DNA of 64,000 nt, taken from the IMG/VR virus record IMGVR_UViG_3300030339_000003, positions 62,001-126,000 of that record. One strand, 5' to 3'. Position numbers and translations under genes: made by a program. Position 1 is the first letter of the stretch; every line of letters starts with the position of its first letter. Below the pieces are notes generated by a model. It made no database searches. It saw nothing but the letters and a program-made list of their open reading frames with translations, and was not told the origin of the DNA. Below, piece by piece: positions 56,784-64,000 of the stretch.

Positions 56784-57572
56784 TTAAAATAACATTTTTA
56801 ATCCTGCTTTCTCGATACTTTGTGGTAATCGATTAATATCTGATCTGACTTTACTAAAAGAAGTTCCGGACGTCCAATTACTGGATTGGGCTAAATCTTC
56901 TACAAGTCGTTTTAATCCAATTTTGGAATTATAAAAGTTGGTAGCTTTGTCACCAAACACTTGAATGGTGAGCTTATTAAATGGCATGTAGAAAAGGTCT
57001 TTGCCTCCGGTTAATTTGGTGAACCATTGGGTGTATGGTTTTGCAGTGCCCGTGTAAGACTCCAATAAACGCAACCGTGTGGTTGATGGAGTTAAAGTCA
57101 GGTCTACTACATGATGCGTAATGATCAACCCCTTGCCTTGGAATACAGGTAATGTAGAATCATTACGTGTTACTTGTTTAGGAAAGTCTTTATAGAAACG
57201 ATCACAGATTTTAGTAATCAATTCGTATTTGGCTTTCCCTTTAGCCGACATAGTTTCTAAAGTAACCAACTCGGCTTTATTGAATAAACTTTTTAATGAT
57301 TTGTACGAAGGATAATAAACAGTAAATGCAATAGCCTTTGGACCAGTTGATTCTGCTAACCACTTAGCGATTTCAGTAAGGTCGGTTTTAGCCGCTACAT
57401 ATATTTCGTCTACTGTTGGGTCATCATCCTTAGCATATGCTTCAATGGTATTACGCACTAAAGTCCGCAGGTTAATTAAAAAAGTTCCTACACCTTTCAG
57501 TTCACCAAATGCATCTTTTTCAAATGCTAATGATGTTCCAACGGACATGTTGTAAGCACCTAATGCCCTCAT
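56784..57572 (-). CDS. Conserved core hypothetical protein coupled to the SbcD-like gene
   Basis: 262 aa; ATGA overlap with the upstream gene. Confidence 0.6.
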   Translation of the reverse strand: MRALGAYNMSVGTSLAFEKDAFGELKGVGTFLINLRTLVRNTIEAYAKDDDPTVDEIYVAAKTDLTEIAKWLAESTGPKAIAFTVYYPSYKSLKSLFNKAELVTLETMSAKGKAKYELITKICDRFYKDFPKQVTRNDSTLPVFQGKGLIITHHVVDLTLTPSTTRLRLLESYTGTAKPYTQWFTKLTGGKDLFYMPFNKLTIQVFGDKATNFYNSKIGLKRLVEDLAQSSNWTSGTSFSKVRSDINRLPQSIEKAGLKMLF

Positions 57573-58690
57573 AAGAATTCCTTTATTAACTCGTGGATTT
57601 CATCAGCGGTAATATCCGTACCTTTAATGTCGGGTTCAATGACAGGCATAACTAACTCAAAGATATTTTCTTTGGTTACAGAAACGCCCTCATATTCATC
57701 CATGGTAAACAGCTCATCGTCAACAATAGCTTCATCATTTTCAGAGTCTTCTGCAAAACCAAAGTCGGGATATTCTTTTTCAAGAGCATTGACAATTGGA
57801 TTGACAACTGAACGATGGCCGCCTTGTAAACGGAATTGAGATGCTTTAGGAAACTTTTTACTTTGCAACAATGCCTTTACTTTATTAATTACGTGTTCTG
57901 GAAGATCTCCAATTTGAACTTTAATTGTAATATAAGGCAGAGCATTCTTGTTCACCCAAAATGTGGGTTTGAAATATTCTTTCTTTAAATCTAAATCAAT
58001 TATCCACGCACCTTTATCATGTTCTTCACCGTGACGACAACGATCAAAAGAACCGTTACTGTAGATCTTGTTACCGTTGTGTGAAGGTACGTGGATGTGC
58101 CCTGAAAAGATCCCATACTTAACAATGGATTCCCAACGGGTTTCCATGTGCGCGTGACGTCTTCCTTTTTCAGGCAATTGGTAATAAAATCCGCCATGTA
58201 GAGCAATAAGATCTACTTGACTTAATCCGGCAGCAGACAATGTATTTAAAGCAAGTTCCCATATTTCGTCTGGTGTTTTAGACGCCATATTATCGGGAAC
58301 ATACATGACTGTTAATCCATCTAGATCGTCAAATGTTTCGATGGATATTTTATCAAAATGTTTGACGTCCATGTCTTCTTCTACGGTTAACATGATGTGT
58401 TGGATTTGATCCCAATCATGTAACGTAGTTCCTTCTACAAAACGTACCTTTCCTTTTGGATTAGCTTTCTTATACCGTTGGAAAAGGTCTTTGAAGTAAT
58501 TTAACGTATACTTAAATTCTTCATCTTCTTTTTCTACACGACGATCAAATACATCCCCGGTGAAAAACAATATATCAATGGTACTTAAATCGACGTCAGT
58601 ATATAGAAAGGTTGACAAGTTTCGTAAGACGTGTGCAGTGGGAGTGCGTCTATGAGAAGTGTGATGGTCTGAACTTGATATTAGACGCAT
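57569..58690 (-). CDS. sbcD: SbcD/Mre11-like metallophosphoesterase nuclease
   Basis: SSDHH, TGDVFD, GTTLHD, LHG and GHIH calcineurin-like motifs. Confidence 0.85.
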   Translation of the reverse strand: MRLISSSDHHTSHRRTPTAHVLRNLSTFLYTDVDLSTIDILFFTGDVFDRRVEKEDEEFKYTLNYFKDLFQRYKKANPKGKVRFVEGTTLHDWDQIQHIMLTVEEDMDVKHFDKISIETFDDLDGLTVMYVPDNMASKTPDEIWELALNTLSAAGLSQVDLIALHGGFYYQLPEKGRRHAHMETRWESIVKYGIFSGHIHVPSHNGNKIYSNGSFDRCRHGEEHDKGAWIIDLDLKKEYFKPTFWVNKNALPYITIKVQIGDLPEHVINKVKALLQSKKFPKASQFRLQGGHRSVVNPIVNALEKEYPDFGFAEDSENDEAIVDDELFTMDEYEGVSVTKENIFELVMPVIEPDIKGTDITADEIHELIKEFL

Positions 58691-58704
58691 TCCGTTTTAT
58701 CCTT

Positions 58705-59529
58705 TTAACACGTCGGTTGGTCTTCGTCGGTTTCTCTATTATTGTCATTGTCGTTAATATTTACTGTTTCTTTTGCAGAAGCAGTTAACGTTTTGTCATT
58801 CAACAGATGTTCCGGAATAGTGTACCAGGCACCACAAATCAGTTTAACCAATTTGTAATCTTCCAGGGACGCCACACCGTCACGTTCTTCGGTTTCAAAA
58901 ACCTTTTTAACAAAATCCAAAGTTTCCATATCGGCTTTACCTTCAAACACAACATCACGCACGTAGAAAGCTTTGCGTAATGCTTCAGGATAGACATTGT
59001 GTTTGTGGTAGAAATCAATAGGAATCAGATCATGCATAGGAATGCGTGCTTTTTCAGGATCCAGGAACGTGCTGGCTTTATCAACAATATCTTTGCCATC
59101 AAGTTGAGGGATTTGACCTTCCATGATTTCACGGGCAGAGTTAGCCATAGCCGCAGACGTTTGGCGCATGATGTCGCGTTCAATCGGTGTCATCTGATAA
59201 CCGGAAATAGGTTTGATGACGAGCAAGATCTTTTTAGGATCATTGTCATCGATAACCAATACAGACATTGTGTGTTGGTTACTGATTTTACCCCATTCAA
59301 TGAAGTTGAAATAATTGACGCCGGTAGTGTCGTTGACCGCAAAAGGCAACAACCACTTTTCAACGAATTCTGATTCGGTCATTTCAGTGTACGCGTTAAG
59401 CGGAACACCTTCGGTCGTCAGATATTGTTCGCCGTTAATTGGAGTCACGCCAACTGAATCAGCAAACTTAAAATCTTCCATCATTTTGGCATAGTTGCTT
59501 GCTGACATACCATTTAATTCAGGACTCAT
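58705..59529 (-). CDS. Conserved hypothetical protein
   Basis: 274-aa acidic ORF with ATGA coupling. Confidence 0.65.
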   Translation of the reverse strand: MSPELNGMSASNYAKMMEDFKFADSVGVTPINGEQYLTTEGVPLNAYTEMTESEFVEKWLLPFAVNDTTGVNYFNFIEWGKISNQHTMSVLVIDDNDPKKILLVIKPISGYQMTPIERDIMRQTSAAMANSAREIMEGQIPQLDGKDIVDKASTFLDPEKARIPMHDLIPIDFYHKHNVYPEALRKAFYVRDVVFEGKADMETLDFVKKVFETEERDGVASLEDYKLVKLICGAWYTIPEHLLNDKTLTASAKETVNINDNDNNRETDEDQPTC

Positions 59530-59930
59530 GTACCACTCCTATGTTTTTCTAACAGTTGGAAATTATTAGGGTTAACTTCGACAATCTTTGATAAAGAATA
59601 GGGAATGTTATTATCAGTTACAGTAACATTGACCGCCAAGTTATATAAAGATTGCGTGTTATCAACCTGAATAAATTGACAATCCACGTTAACAACTGGA
59701 AATTGTTCCTGCATATATAATTTCAGGAATTCTTTAACGGCTGCTTGTAATTCGTTTTGCTTTTCGCCATAACGTTTCCATAATGCATAGAAACTAGGGA
59801 TGTTGCCAATCGATTTGGATTGAGATTCTTTTGCCACAAACCAATAATAGAAATGTAATTCCATTCCTTTATTTATCGATTTGGTTTCCCACCCGATACC
59901 TGATGACATAGTTGCAATGCAGTGAGTCAT
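59526..59930 (-). CDS. Conserved small hypothetical protein
   Basis: 134 aa with AAGGA RBS; first gene of the SbcD operon. Confidence 0.6.
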   Translation of the reverse strand: MTHCIATMSSGIGWETKSINKGMELHFYYWFVAKESQSKSIGNIPSFYALWKRYGEKQNELQAAVKEFLKLYMQEQFPVVNVDCQFIQVDNTQSLYNLAVNVTVTDNNIPYSLSKIVEVNPNNFQLLEKHRSGT

Positions 59931-59991
59931 TTTGTTTCCTTTAAATTATTGTACCATCATAGATTTGAAACAAAAAAATAAAAAGAATTAA

Positions 59992-60013
59992 GTGAGGAGC
60001 CGAAGCTCCTCAC
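59992..60013 (-). terminator. Hairpin terminator with a cUUCGg loop
   Basis: Minus strand GTGAGGAGC-TTCG-GCTCCTCAC followed by a T-rich tract. Confidence 0.85.
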
Positions 60014-60016
60014 ATT

Positions 60017-60439
60017 TTACAACACTTTAACAATGCCTTTGATATAGCCATCGTTCATAAGGGCGTTTAACTGGTGCGCATAAATTACAGCGCCGACAGA
60101 ACCCGTGTTCAAATACACTTGACCGTCTTCAACAGTTACTGGGTTTAAACATGTTGGATAAGAGCGGTGAACTGGACAAACGTGTAAGATACCACGATGT
60201 TGAAACAATGCAAACAACTGATAAGGATTCGGACCAGCTGTTTCATGTTTGTTGTGTCCGTCTTTATATAATGCATGAGCTGCTAATGCATCAAGGACTT
60301 GCTCGGTAGATTCGCTGAACTCAGTATAAGGAGAAACTCGAATGTCAAGTTTACCCGCATACTTTTCATCCAGGTCTTTGTGGTTTACAACAGGACCGGT
60401 GGATTTAACTTCTTGATTGAATACGAATGGATTTTGCAT
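60017..60439 (-). CDS. Accessory hypothetical protein
   Basis: 140 aa with GGGG RBS. Confidence 0.65.
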   Translation of the reverse strand: MQNPFVFNQEVKSTGPVVNHKDLDEKYAGKLDIRVSPYTEFSESTEQVLDALAAHALYKDGHNKHETAGPNPYQLFALFQHRGILHVCPVHRSYPTCLNPVTVEDGQVYLNTGSVGAVIYAHQLNALMNDGYIKGIVKVL

Positions 60440-60478
60440 TTTTGTTACCCCAAATAGTTTAATAAGTTAAAAGAACAA

Positions 60479-60916
60479 TTACATCCAGTTATTCATTTCG
60501 GATGTTTTCTTGCTTGCATTGATACCGACTTGAGTCAGACCATAACCCAGATCAATGCCAATAACCAGACCCAGTGCTTTGCCCAGGCCATTGTCTTGCA
60601 TACCAAAGCATTCGGTGATCCACTTGGTAGCCAAATAAGAAGCACCCACGCCAGCAGCAGCACCTAACAATGCAGAACCGCTAACATTGTCAGAACCACC
60701 GATAGTGATACCAGCAGTCACAGTAGCCGCGATTGCAGCAACAACATCAGCTTTCAACCAGTTGTCTTCTTTACCTGTGAAGGTTTCAGTTACTGGTTCT
60801 GGTTGTTTTGGAACAGCGCTGAATGCAGCTTGGCCAGGAGCAGTTTTACCGTCAGCAGAACCGCACAGAGTAGCCATATTGATAACGTCAACAGAAGAAG
60901 CCAATTTGTTTTCCAT
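60479..60916 (-). CDS. Accessory glycine-zipper membrane protein
   Basis: Hydrophobic segments VVAAIAATVTAGITIGG, ALLGAAAGVGASYLA and GKALGLVIGIDLGYG (G-x3-G-x3-G-x3-G). Confidence 0.65.
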   Translation of the reverse strand: MENKLASSVDVINMATLCGSADGKTAPGQAAFSAVPKQPEPVTETFTGKEDNWLKADVVAAIAATVTAGITIGGSDNVSGSALLGAAAGVGASYLATKWITECFGMQDNGLGKALGLVIGIDLGYGLTQVGINASKKTSEMNNWM

Positions 60917-60974
60917 GATAAATCCTTAATTAAGTGGGAGGTTAATAAACATTATTGTTTATTTATCTACCCAA

Positions 60975-60982
60975 GTAATATA
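60975..60982 (-). promoter_or_regulatory. Early promoter TATATTAC
   Basis: Exact consensus in the context TTCAAGTCTATATTACTT, about 60 bp upstream of 60916. Confidence 0.7.
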
Positions 60983-61022
60983 GACTTGAAATCAACTGTA
61001 ATCTAAAAAAATAAACATAGTC

Positions 61023-61054
61023 TAACTATCTTCCCCGTGAGGGGAAGATAGTTA
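61023..61054 (-). terminator. Hairpin terminator
   Basis: 14-bp stem TAACTATCTTCCCC / GGGGAAGATAGTTA. Confidence 0.8.
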
Positions 61055-61057
61055 TTA

Positions 61058-61516
61058 TTAATAGTAAGCGACTTCAACGTATTCAGGAACCAGGCGAGCG
61101 TAGGCTAATTCTTCAGTGCCATAAACAAAAACATTGGTAACCAGTAAGTTGGAAGGGATTTTGTTATCGTCTAAAGTCAAAGCTAATTCAACTTTAATAT
61201 CCAACGTAGGAACACCCAAGTCAGCCAACAACTTATCCATGTAAGTGTTTACATTATAAGTGCTGCGAATTTGTGTAGCAAAGCTCTTTAAAGTGGAAGC
61301 ACTACCGGTATCATTTAAACGTTGAGCAAAAGCCTTGTTCAGACCAGTCACTGTAAAACGGTAAGCGGTATCAAGATCCACAAAATAGATATTGCGGATT
61401 GATTCAATTGTAGAAACCCTTACATTAGACAATGAACTAAAATCAATTTCATTGTTGACAACAGGCAAAGTAGCGAGTCGTAAGGGCGCGGAATTTAAGA
61501 TATCAGCGGCGGGCAT
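61058..61516 (-). CDS. Accessory hypothetical protein
   Basis: 152 aa with TAAGGA RBS; monocistronic between two hairpins. Confidence 0.65.
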   Translation of the reverse strand: MPAADILNSAPLRLATLPVVNNEIDFSSLSNVRVSTIESIRNIYFVDLDTAYRFTVTGLNKAFAQRLNDTGSASTLKSFATQIRSTYNVNTYMDKLLADLGVPTLDIKVELALTLDDNKIPSNLLVTNVFVYGTEELAYARLVPEYVEVAYY

Positions 61517-61580
61517 GGCAAATCCTTATTAATTGGGAACTCATACGATTCTCATATAAAATAAAAAATACAGTAAATAA

Positions 61581-61600
61581 CCCCTTACCGAAGTAAGGGG
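61581..61600 (-). terminator. Hairpin terminator with a cUUCGg loop
   Basis: Minus strand CCCCTTAC-TTCG-GTAAGGGG followed by a T-rich tract. Confidence 0.8.
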
Positions 61601-61606
61601 CATTGT

Positions 61607-62365
61607 TTAAATGGCGATATAGAAAGATTGATTGAAACGGTAGAATTTCGGATTGGCGTTGGTTTTGATTTCTTTACACGCGTTAGGGTACATGCGAATC
61701 AGATCATGAGTCAGCAACGTTGGGTTCGAGTCTAACAGTTTCATCAGAGTTCGGGCTTTAAGCGATAACGTCGGAGGGAGCGTAATCGTTTTCAATTTAA
61801 CAACGGAGTCATCGGCATTGCCACGATCTTCAAAATCAAGCTTAACAGCAACAGGCTGAATACCTTCTTCAGTTTTTACTGATTTAGCAATTTCGTTAAT
61901 GTTTTTGGCAAAAACGATTGTGTTGGTTAACGACGTGCTTTTATCATGATACGCCAAAATAGGGTCAATCAATGTTTCTTTGATTGTTTTCAGATACACG
62001 ATTGTGTTTGGTGTATAACCTGCCAAAGACATTTCACACAAAGATTCATCAAGTATGGCATTAGCATACGGATAATGCTTTAACAAACGATCAGTATTAA
62101 CATCGCCTAACACGCTCGCAAACCATGCTACTGCAAGAGGATTAGCAACCACGCTGAAACGTTCATCGAATTCACTTTGAGCGACGACTACTTCTTTTTT
62201 CTCAAGGCGGTCATGAATAACACGAACCAGCCAAGCAATGTTTTCTTTATGGTTATGCATAGAAAGTTCTTTGAGTGGTTTAAACCATTCGATGTTAACC
62301 AGTTTGTCCATGTCTAATGTGGAAGAAGCATATGGTTCTAATTTAAACATTGTTCTTTTACCCAT
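61607..62365 (-). CDS. Accessory hypothetical protein
   Basis: 252-aa ORF between two hairpins. Confidence 0.65.
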   Translation of the reverse strand: MGKRTMFKLEPYASSTLDMDKLVNIEWFKPLKELSMHNHKENIAWLVRVIHDRLEKKEVVVAQSEFDERFSVVANPLAVAWFASVLGDVNTDRLLKHYPYANAILDESLCEMSLAGYTPNTIVYLKTIKETLIDPILAYHDKSTSLTNTIVFAKNINEIAKSVKTEEGIQPVAVKLDFEDRGNADDSVVKLKTITLPPTLSLKARTLMKLLDSNPTLLTHDLIRMYPNACKEIKTNANPKFYRFNQSFYIAI

Positions 62366-62371
62366 GAAGTA

Positions 62372-62399
62372 AATATTTCCGCCTTTCGACGGAAATATT
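62372..62399 (-). terminator. Hairpin terminator
   Basis: AATATTTCCG / CGGAAATATT; GAAA loop on the minus strand. Confidence 0.7.
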
Positions 62400-62405
62400 A
62401 ATTAG

Positions 62406-63062
62406 TTAAAATTCTTTATCTTCAGTTTTGTAATCGCGTCTGTATTCGCCAGTTGGGCTGGTGATGTCCAGATATTGATTTGCCAGATGATCATTGACAG
62501 CTGCCCAAGTCTTGTGCACGTTAACACGTTCACGGAAACTCAGACGACCACCAATTGAATCATGGAAGTGCGTATGAAGCCAGCGATCTTTTTCATCACG
62601 TTCTTCTTTACGCGCTACACCATCATTAGCTTGACGGAAGAAATAGTTCTCACGCCCTATGCCATGGTTGTGCGGGCTAAGATCGCCACCATAACCTTCA
62701 ATGATTTCATCATCATACAACTTACGAACATTTGGGTTCGCCATGATATATTCGCGCATCAAACCTTCGGCATTTTGCAAACCAGAGATTGTACCCAAAT
62801 AACCTACTTCGAAACGACCCACGTATTCGCCCTGACTATCACCTAACAGACGCGCAGAATATTCCCATAACCGAGAACTTACAAATTGTGTAAATTCCTG
62901 ATTAAGTTGCGTAGCTTTTTCAGCGATCCATCCAGTTAAACCAGAAGGAACATGTTCATTTTGATTTCCAACATATTGCTGATAAGCTCCAATACTTTGT
63001 TCTGTTTGGGAACCTGCTGCGGCGAAAGCGAATATATCACTACTGTTTAGCGACATCTTCAT
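62406..63062 (-). CDS. Conserved core protein downstream of nvRNAP beta'-N (phiKZ gp59/Imp3-like by synteny)
   Basis: AGGAG RBS before ATG at 63062, overlapping the RNAP gene end; identity by position only. Confidence 0.45.
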   Translation of the reverse strand: MKMSLNSSDIFAFAAAGSQTEQSIGAYQQYVGNQNEHVPSGLTGWIAEKATQLNQEFTQFVSSRLWEYSARLLGDSQGEYVGRFEVGYLGTISGLQNAEGLMREYIMANPNVRKLYDDEIIEGYGGDLSPHNHGIGRENYFFRQANDGVARKEERDEKDRWLHTHFHDSIGGRLSFRERVNVHKTWAAVNDHLANQYLDITSPTGEYRRDYKTEDKEF

Positions 63063-64000
63063 CCAACTCCTTTTTGATTGCATTCATAAACATGTTCAAG
63101 TTCATTAAATGCGTGGACGGTAGACCTGCTAGATTACTTACTTTGAATGGGATGTTCTTATCCAAAGTTTGATGATGCCCAAAGGAACCATATGCTTTTG
63201 CTTTTGATTCATTATCTAAATGAATACGGATAGGCATTTGGTCACCATCGAAGTCAGCATTATAAGACGCACAAGCCAATATGCTAATCTTCAACGACTC
63301 ATCATCTAAACTACGGTTTACACTTACCCAGAAAGACTTAATGCTCAAATATTCGTTTGATGGGTTTCGATGTGATTCCCCTAAGATCTTTCTTTCTTTT
63401 TCCATGCGGGCTAAGAAGTCATCAATGATCGGATCTACCGTATACATTGACACGTTCAAATGACGCATAGCTTTTAATGGTGTAAACCCGCGACGATACA
63501 ACATACTTGTCAAATGCACAGACAGCATCGAAACGGCTAACTTCCACGGGATAACAATTTCATTTGGATCTACCAGGCCAGTGATTGACGTAATAACACG
63601 ACGACCAGTTACCGGTAAGTTACCCGAACAAATATGTTTACGACTGATAGCTTTTTTATGGAAGATGCTGCGCTTATTCAGTTTCTTCACATACATATCA
63701 GTCAACTCGATTAACTTACGACCTACAAGGCTTTGGTTAGAAGCAAGTTCACGAGGAGTCAACGGACTGAATTCAGTAGACTTCTTACAACCAGCAATGG
63801 TGTAATAAATCTGTTTGGTTTCGAGCTGACCTTCTACACCCCAAGTACCGCGTTCATTCGTTTCCAAGATGGTCGAATAACGACTCGGCACTTTGATGTA
63901 ATGACAAAAAGCTTTATCTTTAAATTTGGTCCAAAATTCCCAAGCGTCAGCTGCTAGTTCTTTTAATCCTGTAAACTTAGAACCTGGGCCCATGATCAAA
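63040..64000 (-). CDS. Non-virion RNA polymerase beta' subunit, N-terminal catalytic part (phiKZ gp55-like); 5' end probably beyond the window
   Basis: Catalytic motif ASYNADFDGDQM; also GRRVITS and LGESHRNPS. Confidence 0.9.
   Translation of the reverse strand, partial: LIMGPGSKFTGLKELAADAWEFWTKFKDKAFCHYIKVPSRYSTILETNERGTWGVEGQLETKQIYYTIAGCKKSTEFSPLTPRELASNQSLVGRKLIELTDMYVKKLNKRSIFHKKAISRKHICSGNLPVTGRRVITSITGLVDPNEIVIPWKLAVSMLSVHLTSMLYRRGFTPLKAMRHLNVSMYTVDPIIDDFLARMEKERKILGESHRNPSNEYLSIKSFWVSVNRSLDDESLKISILACASYNADFDGDQMPIRIHLDNESKAKAYGSFGHHQTLDKNIPFKVSNLAGLPSTHLMNLNMFMNAIKKELDEDVAKQ

Noticed and set aside
56784-57572. Possible PIN/FEN-like nuclease (INLRTLVRN strand-helix start)
   Set aside because: The expected acidic catalytic cluster is not evident by eye; left as hypothetical pending a profile search.
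59526-59930. Possible gp25-like fold or assignment to a named phiKZ import factor
   Set aside because: The resemblance is too weak, and gene numbering in this variable region cannot be fixed by synteny alone.
1-64000. tRNA, rRNA, group I intron, intein, homing endonuclease or alternative genetic code
   Set aside because: No cloverleaf, HNH/GIY-YIG/LAGLIDADG or intein motifs were noticed, and the long genes are intact under code 11 using all three stop codons. This was judged by eye only; tRNAscan-SE and Infernal were not run.

Overview
A 64-kb segment of an AT-rich phiKZ-like (Chimalliviridae, nucleus-forming) jumbo phage genome. By motifs and gene order it runs roughly colinear with phiKZ gp55 to gp124, in reverse. 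It encodes four split core subunits and the specificity subunit of the non-virion RNA polymerase (one core subunit truncated by the window end), one virion RNAP beta' subunit, the major capsid protein, a DnaB-like helicase, an SF2 helicase, the exonuclease/motif-A half of a split family-B DNA polymerase and an SbcD-like nuclease. It also holds a large head/neck/baseplate block with an expanded family of protease-processed internal head proteins, and probable PicA and ChmC homologues. phiKZ gp numbers are synteny-based inferences, not database hits. Intergenic DNA carries about 18 strong hairpins, a shared early-promoter motif (CTATATTAY) and a late-promoter motif (ATTTTATG). Most notable observations: (1) an accessory island at 41.7-45.1 kb with two tandem DUF2829/Tad2-like candidate nucleotide sponges and an early operon of small, apparently paralogous orphans; (2) two candidate -1 ribosomal frameshifts at the 3' ends of head genes, each opening a short frame that fills the otherwise unexplained gap before the terminator; (3) repeated two-gene units of a head protein coupled to a beta-rich module; (4) a virion-block M48-like zinc protease with a membrane segment. 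No tRNA, rRNA, CRISPR array, IS element or intron was recognised.
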